Origin: an uncultured virus (IMG/VR IMGVR_UViG_3300044996_000613)
Taxonomy: Duplodnaviria; Heunggongvirae; Uroviricota; Caudoviricetes
Length of the DNA stretch: 20,000 bases
Reading direction: 5' to 3' (one strand)
Virus record (IMG/VR): IMGVR_UViG_3300044996_000613
Shown here: piece by piece, positions 6,301 through 13,320 of the stretch
How the letters are laid out: each line of letters starts with the position of its first letter
Position numbering within the stretch: position 1 is the first letter of the stretch
Made by a program: the position numbers and the translations under genes
The notes under the pieces: generated by a model
Told to the model about the DNA's origin: nothing
What the model saw: only the letters and a program-made list of their open reading frames with translations
Database searches by the model: none

Positions 6301-8360
6301 GTTAGCGTCACCATGGTGATGTCTTCGACCCATACGTCGCCAGTGCCGTCGTCGATGTCCACAACAACGGACAGCCTGACCATGGTGGGTGGGCAGGTGA
6401 TGTCCAGTGTCTGAGACACAAAGGTGGTGTTGTTGCGGTTCCCGCTATTGAGGAACTGGACAGAATCCACCTCAGTGGAGCGGTCAGCACTCATAACACG
6501 CAGAGTCCCGCTGATGTCGGCTGAGCAGGCGTCGGATGCGAACCAGACCGTGACTCGGTACTGGTTACTCTGCTTGGCATCGACCACCTGGTAGAGCCGC
6601 ATCTTGTTCGTGTCAGCGGTCTTGTCGAACAGCATCGAGTTGCTGCCGGTACGCCCCTTGCCATTGTCGATGCCGATGGTCCCTTGGCTGTTCTCCTGCG
6701 CCACCCAGTTGGTGTCGGGATCGGTCTCGAAGCTGTTGTTCTGAAGACGTTGGCCCTCGCCGTCACCGATCTTGGCTCTGATGAAGTTGCCTTCTTGGCC
6801 CACGACGCGGCTCTTCAACTCCATGCAGTGGTCAGGAGGCGCCGCGCGATCATGGAATTGTAGACTGGAGATGACGGATCGCTGGTTAGTGCCATTGGCC
6901 ACGGTCACCTGGACACCGTTGCCTTCAGCACCCACGATGCCGCTCTTCGGGGTGAAGGTGTAAGCCTGCTCACCCTCCCGGTCAAGCCAAACCTTGCTGG
7001 CTTGATTGCTGTCGGCAGTCGTCCCTTGCTCTACCTCAACCAAGACATCCAGTTCGCCGGCCTGCAGCGCAGTGAGGGTGGTTACCGAGATGCCAGTGTA
7101 GGTGACCTGAACCGTCTGGTTCTCCATGATGGGGTTAGGGTCGGTGTCGGGGTCCCAGGCGATGGTCCCGTTGTCGTAATCGACGATGTAGCCCGATGCG
7201 TAGGTGGTTGTCCCGGTCGAGTCCTTGACGGTCACGCTCCCAGTGTCGATGCGTGGGTAGTAGAGCGACACCGGAGTCCTAGTCAGTGCGATGTACTCGA
7301 TCTTGGTGCTCCCATCACCAAGAAGATCGTAGCTGCCCCTGGACGAGACGGGATATGGGCCCAGAACGCCCATGTCAACCTGATGGGCGTTCACGTCCAC
7401 ATTCGCCGTAGTGTTGTCCCCCACAGAACCCAACGTAGCGAAGCCGTCGAACCAGAAGTCGGTGCAAACGATCTGAGTCGCCAGGAGCTTGTACATCACC
7501 TCAATGAGCTTGTCCCAGTACTGGCTCAATCTAATGACAAGACGGCTCTCGTTGATCTCGACGATCTCCCCGCTGGCCCCCGTGTATATCCAGGCCAGCG
7601 ACATCGAGTAGTCGGATGGGGTATCGTCTTCATCAGGATCGAGGTAGTAGAACGCCTCGATGTAGCCGATGCCAGTAATAGTGATCTTGACCTGCTTCGT
7701 GAGGCCATCAGACTCGGGAGCCCCTACCACCACAGCATTGCCGTAGCTGGTCGAATCCGCGTAGAACGAGATGCTGGTTTCTGCCGATCCATCTTCCCAT
7801 TCACCCCACACACCCTCGATGTCCCGGGTCCTAGCGGTCACAACGCCAGTTCCCCCATCGGACGACCGGCGGATCAACACCCCCAACGGCCCCCGCCCGC
7901 TGTATTGGATGGTGACTGTCCCATTGGTGACCTGGCTGTAGTAGCCGCCCCAGGCCCCCCCATCTGCGACACGCTCGGTGGTTCCGGAGTAGGTGATGTT
8001 GGAGGCATTGTCATTGTAGTTGATACGATCAGCCGGGACGTTGAGTAGCGCCGGATGATTCAAGCTGTCGGTTAGCCAGAGCCGGCAGATGGAATAGGAT
8101 GGTGTGGCGGCGTTGAACGCATCTTCAAGAACGATGCGCACTCCATCTACATAGGCGACACCGGGGGTTACGGTCACATAGTTGGCCCCCTCGATCACCT
8201 GGAGGCCACGCAAGATGCCCTCCCCGTGGAGGTCCTCGATCACTTGTCCGGTGCGGGCCTCAATGGCGCCGAGAGCATTTTGGAACGCCAGAAAGTTGGC
8301 GTTCTGCTCAGGGGCAGTTGCCACTGCTCCGGTCTGTTGTGGGCTGAAGTCGATGTCCAT
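3312..8360 (-). CDS. Large multidomain phage tail fibre / receptor-binding or decoration protein with several carbohydrate-binding-type modules
   Basis: 1682 aa, acidic and beta-rich; ATG with GAGGTG SD. N-terminal GLQV..VTVTPGVAYVDG motif typical of tail attachment domains. Two CBM4/9-like units (LQNNSFET...VWVEDI; NLIDNPSFES...VYWD). A discoidin/F5-8C-like unit (SNLVDSDKSTYW...PWVTVD...LKVYG). A CBM6/35-like unit (YEAED...ASGDIYV...NIDAFDL). Also YIVDYDNGTI...VQVTY and PDNTSITFQYS...VRAVLAT...TPVL motifs common in virion proteins. Confidence 0.75.
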   Translation of the reverse strand: MDIDFSPQQTGAVATAPEQNANFLAFQNALGAIEARTGQVIEDLHGEGILRGLQVIEGANYVTVTPGVAYVDGVRIVLEDAFNAATPSYSICRLWLTDSLNHPALLNVPADRINYNDNASNITYSGTTERVADGGAWGGYYSQVTNGTVTIQYSGRGPLGVLIRRSSDGGTGVVTARTRDIEGVWGEWEDGSAETSISFYADSTSYGNAVVVGAPESDGLTKQVKITITGIGYIEAFYYLDPDEDDTPSDYSMSLAWIYTGASGEIVEINESRLVIRLSQYWDKLIEVMYKLLATQIVCTDFWFDGFATLGSVGDNTTANVDVNAHQVDMGVLGPYPVSSRGSYDLLGDGSTKIEYIALTRTPVSLYYPRIDTGSVTVKDSTGTTTYASGYIVDYDNGTIAWDPDTDPNPIMENQTVQVTYTGISVTTLTALQAGELDVLVEVEQGTTADSNQASKVWLDREGEQAYTFTPKSGIVGAEGNGVQVTVANGTNQRSVISSLQFHDRAAPPDHCMELKSRVVGQEGNFIRAKIGDGEGQRLQNNSFETDPDTNWVAQENSQGTIGIDNGKGRTGSNSMLFDKTADTNKMRLYQVVDAKQSNQYRVTVWFASDACSADISGTLRVMSADRSTEVDSVQFLNSGNRNNTTFVSQTLDITCPPTMVRLSVVVDIDDGTGDVWVEDITMVTLTTDPFDLEVEDGHMLPFFSEIPIAIETVGVSSEPGDASNLVDSDKSTYWLATDDSPWVTVDYVSPPLATTGVSVFIPSSVGGYTYDDVTVTLETKDAVGAYTTVRTATAKMGWIMLRIPGGEVDCYGFRITLSAAAPVAMLKVYGDSEQSDPLPHDEALLDNLIDNPSFESWGTVGGKTQPVGWSYTVGGSPDDGEYNEQNALVLDSTRSALSSAGAANIGIYKCDEFSTIVGRDYVAYVMVRAQSLVACTVTASIIPYDGVSEGTPVLLKNEESATSITADCDWTLMAIRFTATEDYARMELKRNGQGDVYWDLAECYLASEVFSDLTVNEDDEALGWETPYILVENLINDTDDGSRLVTVVNMTGPTYPQQDEDMNPIALDWSYLAGGGTEYTTVKLTIKQYEVDVDGNPTAVLITSEEFDNLTIASNDVPGGFSPPNDDLETHINESSAILNVATSVTKASATWEDNPAPGAAYLTGGITEHDTVNIDIMATSVVRYEAEDLLDGDPADDYYATAVSFDTETGDAQASGDIYVQGTNGYYYLYLQGPVAKITMVYRDSASFGTVAFAIAEYDDQGTLGSFSSAHTGLLISSLNQSDVDEYQKTVAVAQGLTGKYNNGLYKTYVLRVAAGPGVTGNIDAFDLHVVTQSESYTDLSVVPSVYAETGKSPLLTTLNSGYGGNGPSAVVEATGKAYPSITDNPSLGTYWLTGDSGTVLILYGPILSSSPLAYWDQLVLFADMYLPDNTSITFQYSLNPLDDIPTWAPMIAGQLNRVSGESGDTLMQVRAVLATEDASATPVLYNWGIFWGEPAYVPEGARSVTIEGDLFIYAPSSGSAQADSTGFHASAVDTDYSSAVVNVPVACTPSRITLAIEAVYVGPYEDWGQYYAIQYEDPYDLAYYGYYGYWDNYDYAYDADYYVDQWWYGYEYLYYGYNWPAYFGWVTIAVEGLEGNKIEVNEETVEIYEGGKSTNQFSVFYRFPLYWQVKVHWICEGWR
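3477..3674 (-). repeat. Tyr/Trp/Asp/Gly-rich low-complexity coding segment near the C-terminus of the 1682-aa protein
   Basis: 66 aa (YVGPYEDW...NWPAYFGW) with 23 Tyr, 6 Trp, 11 Asp/Glu and no Lys/Arg (hand count). Seen on the + strand as dense gtagt/gtag motifs. Confidence 0.85.
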
Positions 8361-8364
8361 TTAG

Positions 8365-8370
8365 CACCTC
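8365..8370 (-). promoter_or_regulatory. Shine-Dalgarno GAGGTG for ATG 8360
   Basis: Minus strand reads GAGGTGCTAA-ATG. Confidence 0.65.
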
Positions 8371-8427
8371 ACACGCGGCTAACAAGTGGAAGGCGAGAAG
8401 CAACAGTCTGAGAAGGCTGAAGACATG

Positions 8428-9345
8428 CTACCGTGCTGCCTGTAGGGCCAGCCTGACCGTAGCATCGTATCTAGGCGGCATACCTGGGAGCGGGCTTATC
8501 TCCCCCCCTAGAACGCTGGCGTCGGCTATTTTGCGGTAGCCTCCATCAGTGGGGCAGTCGCCCCATAACTCCACTTCTTGCTGCTGCCTGCATAAATAGT
8601 CTAACCTCGTGAGCATGATATAGCTAGCGTCTGTGGTCGAGTACGGATCGTAGCCAGGGACCGTGTCGAGCAGTGCGCTCCATGTGAAGATCATCTCTCC
8701 TGGCTCTCGGAACTGTGCCTGGACTATGGCCTCCCCACCAACAGTCGTCTGCGTAGCTCGCTGCATGCTCCAGCGCACTGCAGAAGGAGAGTGTAGCTCA
8801 AGGCCTTTGTTCTTGATTTGGAGCGCCTTAAACGTTGAACCCTTGTACAGCGATGACTCCGGAGGGTCCCCAGCGTTATTTATGACCCGAAACGGTACCA
8901 ACGCCAACCCCACGCGCGCCATCCAGGTATGGGCTTCGTTATAGATGTCGGTTCCAGATGTTTGGTTATGGGGCTTTGCCTCTTCTATTGTCTCATAGCT
9001 GGACACATAGGCCACGTATGACTGCTCGTCTACCACCACATTGTGGAGCACTTCTCCCCAATTGTAGAGCCTAGTCTCATTCACGTTGGCCGGGGCTAGC
9101 AAGGCACGCTCAATGCCCCGAAACCAGGATGCCACCGGAAAGTCGGCTACGACGTTCGGCCACGATAACGTGAGCGTGTGAGGCCCGGTCATTCGGGTTA
9201 GGGTTGTCCCGGAAACGGTAGTCCGCCCAGAGCGATCTGATTGCACAGGTGCTGAATCGGGGCCAGGCTCCAGCGCCAATCCGTCGAATGTGACGCTTCG
9301 CTTTCCTAGCTCTCGATTGCCCCCAATGTCGAAGGTGGCGACCAT
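8428..9345 (-). CDS. Putative phage tail structural protein with two tandem Dit/tail-tube-like repeats
   Basis: 305 aa, ATG with GGAG SD. Two similar halves: GLALEPGP..RTTVSG..PHTLTLSWPNV..ARVGLAL and GLELHSPS..QTTVGG..PGEMIFTWSAL..ATVRLAL. Lies between hub-like and fibre-like genes. Confidence 0.55.
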   Translation of the reverse strand: MVATFDIGGNRELGKRSVTFDGLALEPGPDSAPVQSDRSGRTTVSGTTLTRMTGPHTLTLSWPNVVADFPVASWFRGIERALLAPANVNETRLYNWGEVLHNVVVDEQSYVAYVSSYETIEEAKPHNQTSGTDIYNEAHTWMARVGLALVPFRVINNAGDPPESSLYKGSTFKALQIKNKGLELHSPSAVRWSMQRATQTTVGGEAIVQAQFREPGEMIFTWSALLDTVPGYDPYSTTDASYIMLTRLDYLCRQQQEVELWGDCPTDGGYRKIADASVLGGEISPLPGMPPRYDATVRLALQAAR

Positions 9346-9388
9346 TATCTCCTACTCCCTAAATCGCCCATCATCTCTAGGCCTTCCG

Positions 9389-10120
9389 TTATGACCAAAC
9401 TGGACCGACGTTCGCCCAGTAGTTGCAGACCGGAGTAGACTCCGGAGCAGATTCCAGCACGATCTTGCCGGCCACAGCATCTATTGAAGACACGGTGACT
9501 GGGTCGCTGCCTATACGAACAGATACATCCGTCACGTCGTCAGCCATCTCGATCTCTGTGGGGTAGTGCTCTAGGTCGATGTCGATGTTGAGGGGGACAT
9601 CAGCGTTGAACGCCAAGAAAAACAGGTTATTCCCGTCATCGACGGTGTGGTACTTCACAATCAGATGAAGTCCCTTAGGCAACGGACCTAGTAGACACCG
9701 ATTGCCCTCCGCAACGGCCCTCGCCAAGATGGGGACCCCGAGACCGCCCACCGTCGCGACCCGCAGAGTATCATCCTCGACAGTGATCCATGCAGGATCA
9801 CTGTCTTCAGACCAATCTGGTTGGTCTGCCTGGAGCAACACGATGGTTTTCTTTCCGTCTACCACTTGGACAAAGGAAGTATTCCCATCCTGGTCTGACA
9901 TCTTCCAGATGCCGGCAGCGAGGGGGAGTCCCACCGCACCTACTCCAGTTGCCTGTGCGGTCTGCACCGCATATGACTTGGTTAGAGGTGCGTATCTGGT
10001 GTACCAGGTCGTGTCGGCCACGTACTCGCCCTTGCGCTGGTAGTTGAGCAGCGTCTCATCTTCTATTAGAGTGGGACCGCCCCATCTAGACGCGCCCCAG
10101 ATCAGAGGGTTGCTGCTCAT
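9389..10120 (-). CDS. Hypothetical phage structural protein
   Basis: 243 aa, ATG with GGGAG SD, beta-rich. C-terminal DVSVRIGSDPVTVSSIDAVAGKIVLESAP...NY resembles the small 'vD..G.I.l..aP...Y' beta domain seen in tail/baseplate proteins. Confidence 0.6.
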   Translation of the reverse strand: MSSNPLIWGASRWGGPTLIEDETLLNYQRKGEYVADTTWYTRYAPLTKSYAVQTAQATGVGAVGLPLAAGIWKMSDQDGNTSFVQVVDGKKTIVLLQADQPDWSEDSDPAWITVEDDTLRVATVGGLGVPILARAVAEGNRCLLGPLPKGLHLIVKYHTVDDGNNLFFLAFNADVPLNIDIDLEHYPTEIEMADDVTDVSVRIGSDPVTVSSIDAVAGKIVLESAPESTPVCNYWANVGPVWS

Positions 10121-10153
10121 AATGATCTCCCGACTCTAGTAGTAGACGACCGA

Positions 10154-13100
10154 CTAAAACCACGTCTCCAGATTCCCGGAATCAGACAGGATGGGTTTCA
10201 CCCCTCCCCACTCCAGTTCGGACGCATCGGGGGGAGGCGTGGCCATAGTGTATGGCAGGAACATCCCTGTGATGGTCGTATCGAATCGGCCGGATGTATT
10301 CTGGTGCCGCACTGTCCTGATGTAGAAGTATAAGAGAAGCCCACCAGGATGCAGCATCGTGATGAAATCGCCGGGCCACAGGTGCGGCTGTCCGATCATA
10401 GTGATCTGGTAGAGGTCGCTTACCCACCACTGCTGGCACCAGTTGGCCAAGAAGGCCGCGTAGCCCCACACCGCCATCGGCGTTGTGAATGTGGGCGATG
10501 AGACCGCCAACCAGGTCTTCCTCAGCATGGGGTTGCGCGCCTGTTGCTCGGTCCCGCTGGGGACTTTCATGAGACCGATTAGCTTCCGGTTGGCGTTGTA
10601 GGCATCGTGCCCGCCCCACTTGACGTAGTGGTAGCGCCGCCCCTCCCATCCACCGTTGTAGCCGGCGCCGTACCAGCAGTTGCCCCAGCCCGTCCCGGCG
10701 ACCCGACCGCACGAGCATACAGGATACATCGCCTCACCGATCACCATGACCCCGTCGTGGCGCCCCAAGATGCCGGCAGTGGCCGACACATCCAGGATGG
10801 AATTGTCGTAGGAGAAGTGGTCCTCGGACAGGAACTCAGTCTTCGCCACGTACTTCAGGATGTTGCTGAGGTTGTCGCCTCTGATGAGACCAGACGCCAT
10901 CAACGGGAAGATGTCGGGCTCGTAGTGCATCCACCCCATGCTGTCGTAAAACAGCAGGAAACCCATGTTCTGGGCAATGCGCTGCTGGAGGTCGTAGACC
11001 GACCCCCCAGGCTCGACCTCGTACATCCAGTTGGCGGATTCCCCGCCGACATTCTCGATGTTGCCGGGGAGCCCGCTGTCCCACGATGCTAACACCAGGT
11101 TCGATGTCTGTGGAGCAAATTGGTTAGTAGCCAGTGCTAATGTTGGGCGTTCATCGGCCTTCTCAAAAGGAGAAAAGTCGTAGCTGTAGACGCGCCCCCC
11201 GATCTCCCAGGTGTTGCGAGGCCCATAGATGCCAACTCGCCAAGGGGCGAACTCGGTGTCATCCATGCCAGCGTAACGGCTGAGGAAGCGCTGGACCCAG
11301 AAGTGGCTGTAGCCATCCATCGCTGGGAGGCCGAACGCCTTGGCCTTCCTTAGGAGAGCGATGCGCCCGGTCCCGTCTGCCCGGAACGCATTGGATGCCT
11401 GTCCGAGCCTGGCGCCCGCGCCCAGGCTGAACGACCCCTTCTCCGTATACGTGGTAGCCATTGGCCACACCTTGTACTTCTCAACCCCATCATCATCCAC
11501 GAAGGCGTAGCCTGCGATGTGCTCCAACGGAACGCCTCTCAACTTGTCGTAGTGACGGAGGGCATCCGTTGTCTGCCATTGCCCTGTGCGAGGGTCTGAA
11601 CTGGTTGTCGGGATGAATGCTCCGGTTTCACTTACGTCGATGGTGGTATCAGATGATGAGTCCCCATCTGGATTAATCGTGACCCCCATCTCTAACCCGT
11701 TCTGGATGTAGTATGTCTCTCCGCCGAACGTGGGTGTTGGATTGCTTACTGCGTCTTCCGGGCTAGCTGTGAACCTAATCCCCATGACCTTAGGGTAGTC
11801 AGCGACTGTGGGGCCCCCACCATCAGCCCTAGCATAGCCAGGTTCGAAGTCGATCTGTACGTCGATCACACAGTCATCTTCATATTCTGACTGAGGAGTA
11901 TGGAGTACTGTCCTGATGTCCAGCACTCGACCGGGGCTGTAGTTTGGATCGCTGCTGAGCCCATCCCCTTCTGCCGGGTAGGTCATGACAACGATCTTCC
12001 CATTGGAGATCATATCTTCAATAAGGTCGTCAATATTGCTCGTATCGGCCTCTCCATGGCCAGCCGCCATGCGCTTTAGGGCCGACCAGGACGTTACGAA
12101 CTTCGTGGTCGTGCTCCACACCCGTCCTCCCAGACTGGCCCCTGGCCGCCATGGCTCACCCTGGGTCGCAGTGGGGCCATCGTAGCGCTCCATCTCAGTC
12201 CCGATGCAGAAACGGACCTGAGCGCCGTTACCGACCACAATCAGGCGGCCGGCCGGCATGGAGAACTGGCCAAACATCTCTTGTCGCAACCCACGAATCG
12301 CGTCGGGGGTGTGGTAGCGCCCAACCTCTGCGCCACTCTGGTAGACAACATCCTGGCGTGCTTCTGTTTCCTCAAGCTCCCACGAGTACCTGGCTGCTTG
12401 TGCGTCGCCAAACGGCTGGATGGTCAGGTGGAATGCACCATCTTGAACGAACGCAGTGAAGTTGATCTCGCGGACACCTAGCGTATCAAATGACTCCCTC
12501 TCACGAAGAGATTGTGCTGTAGGGACCATCATGCGCCACGACCCTACGTGAGAGTCATATCCGGGATGGGTGGTCGGAGGTGGGTTAGGTCCAGTCGATC
12601 TGAAGAGTATCGGGTCCCACGACGGCAGTTGGAAGAGGAGGAAGTATCTGGCCCCTCTCTGGCGCTGACCCCAGTCGCCCATCCCGATCCCCACGAAGTT
12701 GCCGTAGCCCAAAGACTGCCCACCTTTGATCGCCTCCATAACGGGGACATTCCATGATGTACCAGGCAATGTAATCGTCGCTGGCGACGAAGAATGTCCG
12801 AAGTTAGCAGATACCGGCGCCACTTGGAGGATGCCTCGCAACGAGAAGCCCATCCAGGTGGTGGGGCCAGACATCGCCCAGAACTGATTGCTCGCCACGT
12901 ACACTGCTGGGAGTTGATTCGATGCGCCCATGTACCACTGCGACTCCCCCGGTCCGACCTTCATTGAGGTGGTGTAGATCAGGTTGCTCTCTCTTGTTGC
13001 CGATTTGATCGGCATGAAGCCGGCCACCCACCCGTCGTCGTGGTTCCCCATCCAGTTTGACGAGGTCTCGCGGTTGAGCACGATGGATGGCAGTAGCATC

Positions 13101-13309
13101 TGACGATAGAACGCCGACGCACTGGAGTGGCGCCCGGCCTTCCCTTCCACAGGGGGAAGTTGGAGCGGTTCGACGACGCTCCTCACCTGTGTCCCCATCC
13201 TCGTGAAAGAGATAGGTTGGGGAATGACCTTGGCCTCCACGTAGGGTCTGGCCTTGATGAACCAGACGGAGCGGAGGACCCTGTCAGTCACTGCGTTTTC
13301 CCCTGGCAT
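10154..13309 (-). CDS. Baseplate hub / tail-tip (Tal, T4 gp27/Mu gp44-like fold) protein with long N-terminal extension
   Basis: C-terminal part has GGSVYDLQQRIAQNMGFLLFYDSMGWMHYEP and ITMIGQPHLWPGDFITM...FYIRTVRH...FDTTITG, both characteristic hub motifs. Start reassigned from GTG 13444 to ATG 13309 (AGGTGA SD 7 nt upstream; removes the overlap), giving 1051 aa. Confidence 0.75.
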   Translation of the reverse strand: MPGENAVTDRVLRSVWFIKARPYVEAKVIPQPISFTRMGTQVRSVVEPLQLPPVEGKAGRHSSASAFYRQMLLPSIVLNRETSSNWMGNHDDGWVAGFMPIKSATRESNLIYTTSMKVGPGESQWYMGASNQLPAVYVASNQFWAMSGPTTWMGFSLRGILQVAPVSANFGHSSSPATITLPGTSWNVPVMEAIKGGQSLGYGNFVGIGMGDWGQRQRGARYFLLFQLPSWDPILFRSTGPNPPPTTHPGYDSHVGSWRMMVPTAQSLRERESFDTLGVREINFTAFVQDGAFHLTIQPFGDAQAARYSWELEETEARQDVVYQSGAEVGRYHTPDAIRGLRQEMFGQFSMPAGRLIVVGNGAQVRFCIGTEMERYDGPTATQGEPWRPGASLGGRVWSTTTKFVTSWSALKRMAAGHGEADTSNIDDLIEDMISNGKIVVMTYPAEGDGLSSDPNYSPGRVLDIRTVLHTPQSEYEDDCVIDVQIDFEPGYARADGGGPTVADYPKVMGIRFTASPEDAVSNPTPTFGGETYYIQNGLEMGVTINPDGDSSSDTTIDVSETGAFIPTTSSDPRTGQWQTTDALRHYDKLRGVPLEHIAGYAFVDDDGVEKYKVWPMATTYTEKGSFSLGAGARLGQASNAFRADGTGRIALLRKAKAFGLPAMDGYSHFWVQRFLSRYAGMDDTEFAPWRVGIYGPRNTWEIGGRVYSYDFSPFEKADERPTLALATNQFAPQTSNLVLASWDSGLPGNIENVGGESANWMYEVEPGGSVYDLQQRIAQNMGFLLFYDSMGWMHYEPDIFPLMASGLIRGDNLSNILKYVAKTEFLSEDHFSYDNSILDVSATAGILGRHDGVMVIGEAMYPVCSCGRVAGTGWGNCWYGAGYNGGWEGRRYHYVKWGGHDAYNANRKLIGLMKVPSGTEQQARNPMLRKTWLAVSSPTFTTPMAVWGYAAFLANWCQQWWVSDLYQITMIGQPHLWPGDFITMLHPGGLLLYFYIRTVRHQNTSGRFDTTITGMFLPYTMATPPPDASELEWGGVKPILSDSGNLETWF

Positions 13310-13320
13310 TGTCGTGTCAC

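Noticed and set aside
8361..8427. Largest intergenic gap as a terminator or regulatory hairpin
   Set aside because: Only a 5-bp stem (TTAGC/GCTAA) around the SD, with no U-tract; too weak to call.
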